Assembly (NCBI GenBank): GCA_963765895.1
Contig: CAVXZB010000007.1
Location: 1-12,443, forward strand
Source of the DNA: an uncultured Nitrososphaeraceae archaeon
GTDB lineage: Archaea > Thermoproteota > Nitrososphaeria > Nitrososphaerales > Nitrososphaeraceae
Direction: 5' to 3'
Length of the DNA stretch: 12,443 nucleotides
Below, piece by piece: positions 1 to 7,719 of the stretch; position 1 is the stretch's first letter; each line of letters begins with the position of its first letter. A program made the position numbers and the translations under genes. The notes beneath the pieces were generated by a model that had not been told where the DNA came from, searched no databases, and saw only the letters and a list, made by a program, of their open reading frames with translations.

Positions 1-163
1 ATCTAGTATAATTATCCCGGAAATAGTGTTATGATTGGATATGCGGCATGCCAGATTATAAACACTATCAAAAATGGTGCATCAGGTATAGACGGGAGTT
101 TTCGTAGACGGATATACAGTATGTATGTATGTCTATCATGAGGCGCGCACATTATACCTCTAG
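1..163 (+). repeat. Dispersed non-coding repeat, copy A (may extend left of the window)
   Basis: 1-80 aligns without gaps to 6426-6505 at 61/80 identity (counted by hand). A second box, CATGAGGCGCGCACATTATACCTCTAG (137-163), sits at the same offset as in copy B. Confidence 0.85.
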
Positions 164-537
164 TTTGAATTATATTAAGTGCAATTACACTCGGATACTT
201 TAGTAATCAATTCATTAATCATCTTTTCATGCTGCAATACTAAGAGCATAGATAATGATTCACCGGGATAGTTTTCGCCTTTGGAGTTAACAGCTCTGAT
301 GTAGTCTTTATTTTGTCCACATTCAGAAAGCATCTTACCAAATAGAAGTGCATTTTCTTCTCAGAGCATATTCAAAGTCTTTCTGTGATTTGATCTCTTT
401 AGCTAGGATACCAACGTTGCCATTCTCATTTTGTTCATTTTGGGACACTCTATTATCTTGAACGTACATTCTTTTTAACTACAGAGCCTTTCGGGAACTG
501 AGAACGCATAAATGGCAGTCCTAGATTCCACGGTCAC

Positions 538-933
538 ATGGCTCTAGGAGATTTAGCATTCGAAGAAACTGGAAAGTTTGCAGGAATAAGGGCACTCCCC
601 GACGGAAAGGTGGAAGCGACATATCAGGGAACTGGCAAATTGTTCGGTGTAGACTATTCATCTATCTATACCGGCGTCGCAAGCCCGCATGGAGGAACCT
701 TGATTGCAGAGTTCAATGGAATCTGCACAACCAAAGATGGGGACACTGTTGGTGTGTGGGCTCATGGAAGGGGGCGACCTACCGGAAGTGGCCTAAAGGC
801 GAGCTGGCGAGGTGGAGTTATCTGGCAGGCTTCCTCGCCGCAATTTGCAAGGTTGAATAGCGTGCCAGGAGTGTGGGAGTTGGACATTGACGAAGGAGGT
901 AACTTCCATTTGAAGGTTTGGGAATGGAAGTAG
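538..933 (+). CDS. Hypothetical protein (131 aa, Gly-rich, probably mostly beta)
   Basis: Clean ATG-TAG ORF with natural composition, visibly higher GC than its flanks, followed by a pyrimidine/T-rich tract. Resembles an uncharacterised family I recall from Nitrososphaerales and Actinobacteria. Confidence 0.85.
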   Translation: MALGDLAFEETGKFAGIRALPDGKVEATYQGTGKLFGVDYSSIYTGVASPHGGTLIAEFNGICTTKDGDTVGVWAHGRGRPTGSGLKASWRGGVIWQASSPQFARLNSVPGVWELDIDEGGNFHLKVWEWK

Positions 934-960
934 GGTTCCCGACACGAAGCTTAGCTAGCC

Positions 961-988
961 GTTTCCTCTTCTCTCATTTTCTTTCTTG
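961..988 (+). terminator. Possible archaeal pyrimidine-rich terminator
   Basis: GTTTCCTCTTCTCTCATTTTCTTTCTTG about 30 bp after the 933 stop. Confidence 0.35.
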
Positions 989-1182
989 TAGGAGGCGGAC
1001 ATTCCATTAGTAATTGCTGCCACCATAATAATTACCATTGTTACACTACACTTGTGACAAACCTGGTCCACTCAAACGTCCACTCTGTCCACTCGTATAA
1101 ATGAACTGAAGTCCATAACCTCTAATAATTCTTAATAGAAAATAGTTGGGAGCAATTTCCTTTGGTATTTCTTATTCTCTGC

Positions 1183-1674
1183 CTAAGCTGATACCACCAT
1201 CTTCTTTTTACGTCGACGCTCCTCTACACTCTTTTCATATTGAATCTGCTGTCGTTCCCGCTTTTGGCCTGTATACTCTTCATGTTTTTGACTTTTTTCT
1301 ATAAAAGTAGCATCTTTATTGAGACGTTTTTCAGTTTCTTCTTTTTCCAAAATATTTTTTGGTTCTGACGGAGAATTGTCAACGTAGTGTTTGTAACGCC
1401 TTTCGACCTCGTAATTATTCCCCTGAAGCACCTTTTCTATTGCATTATCCAGAGATTTCTTAATTCGTTCTTCGAGCTTGTCTGTTTCAAGGCATTGCGG
1501 ATAAGTAGCTAGCAAGTATTCAAATTGTTTCATGTATTCTATTACTTTATCACGATATTCTTCCTTGGTAGGCTTGTGATTTTTTGTTATCTTGAACCAT
1601 GTGGTTGCACATTGAGCAGGATACGCTTTCGCGAGTTCTTCAATTACACGATCCATTTCAAAATAGTCTAGCAT
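1183..1674 (-). CDS. Hypothetical protein (163 aa; helical N-terminal domain, charged C-terminal tail)
   Basis: Long ORF with an AGGAG Shine-Dalgarno-like motif upstream (complement of CTCCT at 1684-1688). The N-terminus resembles conserved thaumarchaeal hypotheticals. Confidence 0.8.
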   Translation of the reverse strand: MLDYFEMDRVIEELAKAYPAQCATTWFKITKNHKPTKEEYRDKVIEYMKQFEYLLATYPQCLETDKLEERIKKSLDNAIEKVLQGNNYEVERRYKHYVDNSPSEPKNILEKEETEKRLNKDATFIEKSQKHEEYTGQKRERQQIQYEKSVEERRRKKKMVVSA

Positions 1675-2167
1675 ACAAATTAGCTCCTACCTGAAAGGAT
1701 TAGAAATATATCTTTGTTTTGCAATCATGGTTATAGCTGCTAACTTGAAGCTGATATTATCGTCTTGTAAAGGCTGTTTATTACATTCCATTAATTACCA
1801 TATGAGGATTACATGTTTATAATTTAATCTATTGTTTATTTGTTTGTTCTAATTGGATATCTGAATAATTATTATAAAAAGTATTATATTTATGAAGATA
1901 TTCAAATTACTGATTCAGTCTTAAACGAGTCAGGTTTTAAAGTTCTCGTTATGGCGATTTTGGTTATCGATTCCGCGGGACAGTATGATGTTTTACAGGT
2001 TCATGATCTTTTTGTGAAGATAACGAAGGATGATATCTTCTGATTGGTAGTTTATCATAAAGGTCATAATGCGATATCTGAATGCGTCTTAGGTCTCCTA
2101 TTCTAACGCTGGCTAGATTAGCTAATAACTGCATAGCTTCAAGATATCCATAATATATAAGCGGCAC

Positions 2168-2295
2168 GATGTTAAAATAATACAAAGATGGGACAGTCAA
2201 AGGCCTGCAATAAACTATCTATTGCGCGATTTTAGAAGATGGCTCATAAATAAAAAGTAATGCAGAGATTGACTAATGGTAGAAGGGGGGCGCGC
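2168..2295 (+). pseudogene. Internal fragment of a paralog of the AEP primase/PriX-like gene at 9445-10466
   Basis: Translates DVKIIQRWDSQRPAINYLLRDFRRWLINKK*, versus IMQRWDGQRPAINYLLRDFRMWLIDEK at ~10028-10109. Both share ATAAACTATCTATTGCGCGATTT exactly. Confidence 0.9.
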
Positions 2296-2312
2296 AGATC
2301 ACGGATATGATG
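2289..2312 (+). repeat. Partial degenerate GGCGCGC box of the dispersed repeat
   Basis: GGCGCGC-AGATCACGGATATGATG versus GGCGCGCCAGATTATAAATATTATG (10573-10597). 12 of 17 positions match after the core, and 4 of the 5 mismatches are transitions. Confidence 0.5.
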
Positions 2313-2398
2313 TGACTCAATATCCTGGATGGTGTCCGGGTTTTAAAAGTGGGTACGCCGCTGAGTGGGCAATTCTAGAGGTCGGTAAATAAGTAGCA

Positions 2399-2686
2399 CT
2401 AGCTCGCTACTGTCTGAGCTTCTACATCAGCGACGGCTTTTACTACAGGGTCGCTGCTCGTAGCACCTGATACACTGGGTTTATTAAGGTAATAATTCTT
2501 AATATCGTCTTTATAGTCTTTGGCGTTTTTGTCTGATTTCTCCACGAGGCAGGTTGTTGCGTCTCCCTCGCTAGCAGTAGTAGGGGCCACGTCCTTAATA
2601 GGTTTATTGAGCGCCTTCGCGACAGGGGGTATGGCATTTAAAGCCTGCACTAATTGGTTAAATACAGACTCAGGTCTTCCTTGCAT
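2399..2686 (-). CDS. Hypothetical protein (95 aa)
   Basis: ATG-started ORF with natural Ala/Lys/Asp composition and AT-rich TATA-like sequence upstream. No family recognised. Confidence 0.65.
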   Translation of the reverse strand: MQGRPESVFNQLVQALNAIPPVAKALNKPIKDVAPTTASEGDATTCLVEKSDKNAKDYKDDIKNYYLNKPSVSGATSSDPVVKAVADVEAQTVAS

Positions 2687-2987
2687 ATCTTAACCAATGT
2701 CTTTAAGTCTAAATCACTGTAGTGCACACGTCCATACCACAAATATATCTAAAAATTGGTGGATAGAAAGACTATTGCAATTGTAACGAATTTGAAAAGG
2801 CAGTTGACTATAATGATATTCGATATTATCGACCTGAGGACGATAGGTTTAACGCAGTAAAAAAGCAGGTTGGTACCTACATTCTTTGAGACATCAGCGT
2901 CCCACTGCTAGTCTGGAGCCTTTCAAGTATAGTCCATGGTGTACAAAGAAACTAAAACAACTAAAGAGTGAATAATTATCCATACCA

Positions 2988-2996
2988 CTTATATCG
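2988..2996 (+). promoter_or_regulatory. Putative TATA box of hicBA
   Basis: CTTATATCG about 30-38 bp upstream of the hicB ATG. An alternative is TTAAAATTATA at 3007-3017. Confidence 0.35.
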
Positions 2997-3025
2997 ACCA
3001 TAGCCCTTAAAATTATACACGAATA

Positions 3026-3229
3026 ATGCAGCCATACCATATGCTATTTAAGAAGGCCGAAGAGGGAGGCTTTACAGGAAAGTGCTTAGAGTTACCTGGA
3101 GCCATTTCTGAGGGAGAAACCATGGAAGAACTTAGAGCGAACATGATAGAAGCAATCTTGTTAGTCCAAGAGTCTATCAAGGAAGAGGCAGAACTAAGGC
3201 ATGAGCAGATAACCGAAGTAATTGTCTAA
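3026..3229 (+). CDS. hicB: Type II TA antitoxin, HicB family (short, no C-terminal DNA-binding domain)
   Basis: Motif EEGGFTGKCLELPGAISEGETMEELRANMIEAI is typical of the HicB partial RNase H fold. Adjacent to hicA. Confidence 0.92.
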   Translation: MQPYHMLFKKAEEGGFTGKCLELPGAISEGETMEELRANMIEAILLVQESIKEEAELRHEQITEVIV

Positions 3230-3252
3230 CAAAGTAATTATTGACTGACTAA

Positions 3253-3468
3253 TTGAGTCTACGAAATCATAACTGGCGTGAGGTAGTTAGGGTTCAAAGT
3301 CGTCATGGTTTTGATATGGAAAGGCAGAGTGGTAGCCATATCCTACTAAAATACGTAGACGGAAGAAGGATAACGGTACCAAAACACGACACACTAAAAC
3401 AGGGTACGTTAAGGGCTATTCTTGACCAGGCTGATATTTCAAGAGAGCAGTTTCTTAGCGAACTGTAG
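3253..3468 (+). CDS. hicA: Type II TA toxin, HicA family mRNA interferase
   Basis: GF..RQSGSH..L....R.ITVPKH..LKQGTLRAIL.QA.IS.E.F motif with the catalytic GSH His intact. TTG start 23 bp after hicB. Confidence 0.92.
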   Translation: MSLRNHNWREVVRVQSRHGFDMERQSGSHILLKYVDGRRITVPKHDTLKQGTLRAILDQADISREQFLSEL

Positions 3469-3680
3469 CGTAGAACTAGGTTCAGTGTCGCAGATGGCAC
3501 ATGCGGTGTTTACAACGAACTAACTGACACTATTATTCCTTTTCTATATTTTTTATGTTAAAGAGGCTTTACCTCCAGTAAGTAGGCGTTATTACGTTAT
3601 TGCTGGATTGTAATCCGCATCTGGCAAGTTCTCGTCACTAAGATAACCAAATAATGGAACAAGCCATAATTTGTGTCCAG

Positions 3681-3692
3681 TTAATTATATAT
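3681..3692 (+). promoter_or_regulatory. Putative TATA box for the small secreted-peptide gene
   Basis: TTAATTATATAT about 22-33 bp upstream of ATG 3714, consistent with a leaderless archaeal transcript. Confidence 0.45.
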
Positions 3693-3713
3693 TTTCCTTA
3701 GGGTATGTTACCA

Positions 3714-3916
3714 ATGAATAAAATATTTTATGCAGTAGGCTTGGCTTTGCTAATTGTAGGAACTGCCGCAGCGACTACAATCTTGACAATTCAGCCAGCG
3801 CAGGCACAGCACCATAAATGTAGCTTGCCGAACGGGGACCATTTCCAGGCCAAGGAGACCAAGGTTGTCCCCCGGGCTTAATTGATAACCCAGGCAGCGA
3901 ACACGCAGGCAACTAA
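3714..3916 (+). CDS. Small secreted peptide (not in the ORF track): 55 aa as written (3714-3881), or 67 aa if one G is added at GGGG 3834-3837
   Basis: MNKIFYAVGLALLIVGTAAATTILTIQPAQA is a signal peptide with an AxA cleavage site. The shifted frame GPFPGQGDQGCPPGLIDNPGSEHAGN* stops at 3916, directly before a poly-T run. Confidence 0.7.
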
Positions 3917-3917
3917 C

Positions 3918-3982
3918 TTTTTTTTATTTTTATTTATAAACTAAACAAAATCGCATATTTTTCATTTATATAGTAAAAAAAA
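3918..3982. terminator. Convergent poly-T terminator region
   Basis: T-runs at 3918-3935 on the + strand follow the peptide gene. An A-run at 3975-3982 (T-run on the - strand) follows the minus-strand small-gene cluster. Confidence 0.5.
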
Positions 3983-4006
3983 TCTCTGGTGATTTCACGA
4001 GGGAAT

Positions 4007-4222
4007 TTATGAACTCCTTTTTAGTTTCTTAGTACACCGCGGACAGAACAGAAAGGGCGCCAACGACACTATAGGCCTATCAAATTGTGCATCATTGCAT
4101 ATACCAACCGTCTTTTGTTATAGCGTTATAGGAATCCTCCTTAGCCTTGTAGTAACAGATATATCATATTCCACGCTTTTTTTAATTTTGCGACAACAAT
4201 ATCCTCCAGCCAATATAGTCAT
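4007..4222 (-). pseudogene. Small Cys-rich (CC...CPxC) putative Zn-binding protein with two apparent frameshifts
   Basis: Segments read MTILAGGYCCRKIKKSVEY / YICYYKAKEDSYNAITKDGWYMQ / DAQFDRPIVSLAPFLFCPRCTKKLKRSS*. The ATG overlaps the upstream stop (TAATG). Confidence 0.5.
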
Positions 4223-4398
4223 TACGAATTATCTATGACGTTTTTGCTGCCACTGCCATCGCTCTCGCTGTTATTGCTTTTCATTTTTTTAGTTTTGTTA
4301 TGCGTATAGACAATAGTCCAGATAGTTGTTACAAACTACGGCAACATTATCAGTATTGCCGCTACGGGTGTAACTTCAGTTGGAACGACTACGACCAT
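4222..4398 (-). pseudogene. Small single-TM protein with an in-frame TAG at 4336-4338
   Basis: MVVVVPTEVTPVAAILIMLP*FVTTIWTIVYTHNKTKKMKSNNSESDGSGSKNVIDNS*. The hydrophobic run spans the stop, and the final TAA overlaps the next ATG. Confidence 0.45.
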
Positions 4399-4405
4399 GA
4401 TTTAA

Positions 4406-4570
4406 TTATCTCTCTTCAGTAACTTCTCCTTCTTCAACAATGAGGTTTGTTATCTCTGAACCATCGACATGTCTTACTATGATATTGTATAAGTGGTCCA
4501 TGCCTTGATCCCTATTCTCGCACTCGAAAGTTCCAGATATCTTGAAACTATAACGCTTTCTTTCTGTCAT
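4406..4570 (-). CDS. Small hypothetical protein (54 aa, not in the ORF track)
   Basis: MTERKRYSFKISGTFECENRDQGMDHLYNIIVRHVDGSEITNLIVEEGEVTEER* has a beta-alpha-beta-like pattern and ends 7 nt before the next ATG. Confidence 0.6.
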   Translation of the reverse strand: MTERKRYSFKISGTFECENRDQGMDHLYNIIVRHVDGSEITNLIVEEGEVTEER

Positions 4571-4595
4571 TGAATTCCACGTCTCAAGTAACTAA

Positions 4596-4822
4596 TCATT
4601 TATCCTTTTTTATCTCATCCGTGGCGTGCTGAAAGATTTTAGCCATTGATGTATTACTACTACTACTGCTGCCGTTACTAGTTGGGGGGGTGTGTCGTAA
4701 ATGTATCATTTCCAAGTGCCTTCACATTTACAAAGCGAGGCAAGTGAGGCAGATCCTGCCAGTACGATTGTAACTACAAGGATAGTCGCCAGAATAACGA
4801 TGTCATTTCTCTCTTTACCTCA
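4596..4822 (-). pseudogene. Degraded secreted or membrane-anchored Ser/Thr-rich protein
   Basis: Hydrophobic segment RNDIVILATILVVTIVLAGSASLAS, followed in shifted frames by PTSNGSSSSSNTSMAKIFQHATDEIKKDK*. No intact start. Confidence 0.35.
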
Positions 4823-4931
4823 TATCACTAGCATAAATGGATACCTTAAGATTCCTAATGTGTTGTTTAGACCGTGAGTCGGCGTTTTTATACGACCTTG
4901 CGCCTTTACTCATTAAAGTAGAGCCCCTTAA

Positions 4932-5219
4932 TTAGGTCAAATTTGATTCATACACCCTTGGGCCCCAGAAGATATAGCAATAAGAGGCTAGATGATTTGG
5001 ATAACAAGTAATTATATGAATAAAGTCCTTTTTTTGATGATTGGACGTTCTTTTTGCTAATGGTGCTTCTTGGTAAACACTTGTTGTAGGTGGATTAGGT
5101 CTTTTGCAGTTCAGTAACTGATCGATTGTCAAGATTTGGATCTTTGGATACTTGCGTTTCCAGACAGATGATGCATAACGATCTGTTATTTTAGGTTCCT
5201 TTATCATTTCACTTGTCAT
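4932..5219 (-). pseudogene. C-terminal remnant of a DNA methyltransferase / Mrr-like restriction endonuclease fusion
   Basis: T.EM.KE....RY....W...YPKIQILTIDQLL...RP..P....YQEAP matches, from my recall, the C-terminal tail of N4/N6-MTase-Mrr fusions. No upstream catalytic domains are present. Confidence 0.65.
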
Positions 5220-5336
5220 CTCTTATCTGTGCTTCTCTATGATTGATCCCATGATTGATGATGTTCCATTGGTTGCCTATCCTATTCCATTAAATTAATT
5301 AGAACCTAATATAGTATATAGATAATCAAGAAGCAT

Positions 5337-5573
5337 CTAGTGTGAGCGATAATGATGATGGTTGTCGCTAGTTCTCCTCTTATCAAAAGAAGCAACATTC
5401 CGTGGCGGAGGAGGACTATCATTCTCATGCCCTGAATGTGTTCTAATATGATTCCAGTAGTCTGAATTTGTGATCGCAGTTTTGCATACAGGACAATTGG
5501 CATAACCACATTTATGATGTCCTATAAAGTTTGGATGAAACGTAATGTTACATTTATCACATTTATTTTGCAT
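5337..5573 (-). CDS. Small tandem zinc-finger protein (78 aa)
   Basis: CDKC...HHKC followed by a C2H2-like CPVC-x11-HIRTH, and a His-rich C-terminus. Confidence 0.65.
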   Translation of the reverse strand: MQNKCDKCNITFHPNFIGHHKCGYANCPVCKTAITNSDYWNHIRTHSGHENDSPPPPRNVASFDKRRTSDNHHHYRSH

Positions 5574-5619
5574 GTCTATTTTATCACTTTTGTCGTTGAT
5601 AGTAGTATGTGCATATCGA

Positions 5620-5797
5620 TAATTAGGATGTATCGAACGATTGCAGTTATATCAAGCTGGATAAGACGAAGCTCGAATTACTACATGAAGTGAGTATAGT
5701 TATAGTTAGTTCACATGCATTCCGGATATACATAGACTAATCTATAATACCTCATGTATATCTCAGTCATGGGCGCACGCCAAATAGTGTGTTCTAT
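5620..5797 (+). repeat. Degenerate copy D of the dispersed repeat (3' part best conserved)
   Basis: CGGATATACA (5723-5732) is shared with copy A (109-118). CATGGGCGCACGCCAAATAGTGTGTTCTAT (5768-5797) resembles GATGAGGCGCGCCAAATAATCCATTCTAT (6563-6591). The 5' limit is uncertain. Confidence 0.55.
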
Positions 5798-5909
5798 AGA
5801 TAAGGATTGAGACTTGATGATTTTTTCCAGCTCTAAACATGAGCCACTTTATTAACCAATTTCAGCAAGTTTCAAATTTCATAGCTGTCCCAGCTCTTGA
5901 CTTGATTGA

Positions 5910-6170
5910 CTTGAATTTGTTGTACCGACTAAAGATAGAAATAATGAAGATATTGTAAATGCTCAGGGAGTGAAAGGTATGATGGCGAAGGGATCCGAGT
6001 TATAGATGGAGCTAGTCTCATCACAGTCAGTAGAAGCAGCTTCTACCATCGAAATTAGGGCATTTAGAGGAAAGAAGAATGTATTCAAAGATGATATACT
6101 TGTAAGTAATGCTGACGCACAAAGACTAATGAGATTCATCAAGGAAAACTTCTCCCTCACCTCCCCATGA
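5910..6170 (+). pseudogene. Hypothetical protein interrupted by TAG at 6003-6005 (or a 54-aa ORF at 6006-6170)
   Basis: Frame reads LEFVVPTKDRNNEDIVNAQGVKGMMAKGSEL*MELVSSQSVEAASTIEIRAFRGKKNVFKDDILVSNADAQRLMRFIKENFSLTSP*, which is more protein-like than the antisense ORF 5963-6160. Confidence 0.45.
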
Positions 6171-6425
6171 AATTAGGCGGTTACTGAAGTTCTTCCCAGA
6201 AATCAAAAGTTTTAATCCCAATTATACGATCAAGTATAATATCAATTCTGCAAAAAGGATGGTTATACTTATCAATTATGATACCTTAATCCGATACTCG
6301 TGGTGAACTTAACATCTGTTGACTCCTTATTGATGATATCTATAGATAGTAGTGCTAGTCGATGCGAATCAACATATTAATTCCGTTAATATGCAACAAG
6401 TTTAACGCATTTGACTTTTTAACAT

Positions 6426-6597
6426 ATCCGATATAATTATCTCGGAAAAAGCGTTATAACCCGATAGGTGGGATGCTAGGTTTTAACCATTATCAAAAAT
6501 GCTGCCTACTAGATGTAGACTAACGTCCCAAGATGGTGATAGAATTTATATATGCCGTATATGATGAGGCGCGCCAAATAATCCATTCTATGAAAAA
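6426..6597 (+). repeat. Dispersed non-coding repeat, copy B
   Basis: ATCCGATATAA TTATCTCGGAA (arms 9/11 complementary), then AAAGCG TTATAACCCGAT ... ATGAGGCGCGCCAAATAAT. Colinear with copy A. Confidence 0.85.
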
Positions 6598-6709
6598 CCT
6601 TCATTATTTTCCCGTCATGTTCAGGGACTAGGTCTACTACTCTCAATAAAGATGAGATTACAAGAATGGCACGTATGCTAAACTAGTAGCAATCATACCT
6701 CGCGAAGTA

Positions 6710-7015
6710 TTACCTTAATTTTTTAACTGTACCTGATTTATGCATAATACTCTTACCTGGTTTTTGTATCTGAGGCGCTGGCTGTTGTTGAATGAGCATA
6801 TCTGCCTCCTCTCTTTTCTTTCTTTCTCTAAGCTTATCCTTATACTTCAAATTTCGTGGCCTTGTTCTTAGTCTATAGCCACAGCAAGGACACCACAATC
6901 CAACCCAGTTGATGAATATTTCACAAATTTGGCATCGCCTCTGTCCTAAAGCGTAACGGCCATAGCCAGCTGGTTTTTGTGCCTTGTGACGTATACATAT
7001 GCCTTTACAAGTCAT
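6710..7015 (-). CDS. Conserved thaumarchaeal Cys-rich zinc-finger protein
   Basis: MTCKGIC.RHKA.KP....RY..GQ.RCQICEIF..W.GLWCPCCGYRLRT.PRN, a pattern I recognise from Nitrososphaerota hypotheticals. Confidence 0.88.
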   Translation of the reverse strand: MTCKGICIRHKAQKPAGYGRYALGQRRCQICEIFINWVGLWCPCCGYRLRTRPRNLKYKDKLRERKKREEADMLIQQQPAPQIQKPGKSIMHKSGTVKKLR

Positions 7016-7239
7016 TTTGCAATCCTACTGACGATTAATTGACGTTTTACTGTTTACGTATTGTACTTGGCAGGAAAAGGCTAGTTGATGGAAACATATC
7101 TCATAATTTATTTTCTATATTTATCAAAATATTATTTGTTATTCTTTCTTTTAGTATAAAATGAATACATATGAGTACTGCATGTAATATTTCTTCCAAA
7201 TAGTTAATATATCGTAATGTACTCTATCTACGATAAAAA

Positions 7240-7719
7240 TTGGAAGAATATGACTTTGATGAAATGTGTCTGGTTGCTCTTGACATAAGCAAAGATGTAA
7301 AGGTTTGTGGCTGTTACAGATACTAACGGGAAACTACTCGCTGGAAAACAGTGTAAGGATGGTAATATCAATAACAGTCTAATCAAAACTAGACTTTTCC
7401 AATTATCTTCTGCAGAAGCAAAAGAGTATCGGCAACATAGTCTAAAGGCTTCAGCTACATTTTTGTCATTACAATACGAATTATCTTTTCTATACAAATT
7501 ACTTAGCAAGTACATTGAAGAGAATAAAAAGATGACATGCAACATTCAGATAGTAAAGAGCAAGATTCGGCTCATCAAGTCGGACTTGTACAATTCCATG
7601 GGTTACTAAAAATAGCTATAGCTTCGCTAACGGCTAGGAACGATAGATATCTTTGTATATATTTAGAGTCTGCCTCGTCAAATCAAGAGATAATTACAAA
7701 GATACGTAACGCTATGTAA
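7240..7719 (+). pseudogene. Frameshifted roadblock/profilin-like (DUF6659-like) thaumarchaeal protein
   Basis: TTG 7240 gives MEEYDFDEMCLVALDISKDV, then an extra A at ~7298-7300, then RFVAVTDTNGKLLAGK. Further shifts lead to the C-terminus KIAIASLTARNDRYLCIYLESASSNQEIITKIRNAM*. This joins track ORFs 7307-7609 and 7537-7719. Confidence 0.6.

Noticed and set aside
120-133. (GTAT)n microsatellite-like run; also TTGA(C) repeats at ~5896-5915
   Set aside because: Only 3-4 units, unremarkable in AT-rich DNA.
1840-2200. Track ORFs 1840-2043 (+) and 1964-2200 (-)
   Set aside because: TTG starts, low-complexity AT-rich translation, mutual overlap and no recognisable motif. 1964-2200 starts antisense inside the primase remnant.
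2443-2637. Track ORF 64 aa (-)
   Set aside because: Alternate-frame ORF nested in the more protein-like 2399-2686.
2820-2832. Palindrome TCGATATTATCGA upstream of hicBA as an operator
   Set aside because: About 200 bp from hicB, short, and this HicB lacks an obvious DNA-binding domain.
3303-3500. Track ORF 65 aa (-)
   Set aside because: Antisense shadow of hicA.
3553-3563. TTATGTTAAAG resembling a XerD arm
   Set aside because: No matching left arm 6 bp upstream, and it lies in a T-rich terminator-like tract.
5306-5509. Track ORF 67 aa (-)
   Set aside because: Alternate frame of the Zn-finger gene 5337-5573.
5963-6160. Track ORF 65 aa (-)
   Set aside because: Probably the antisense shadow of the + strand frame 5910-6170.
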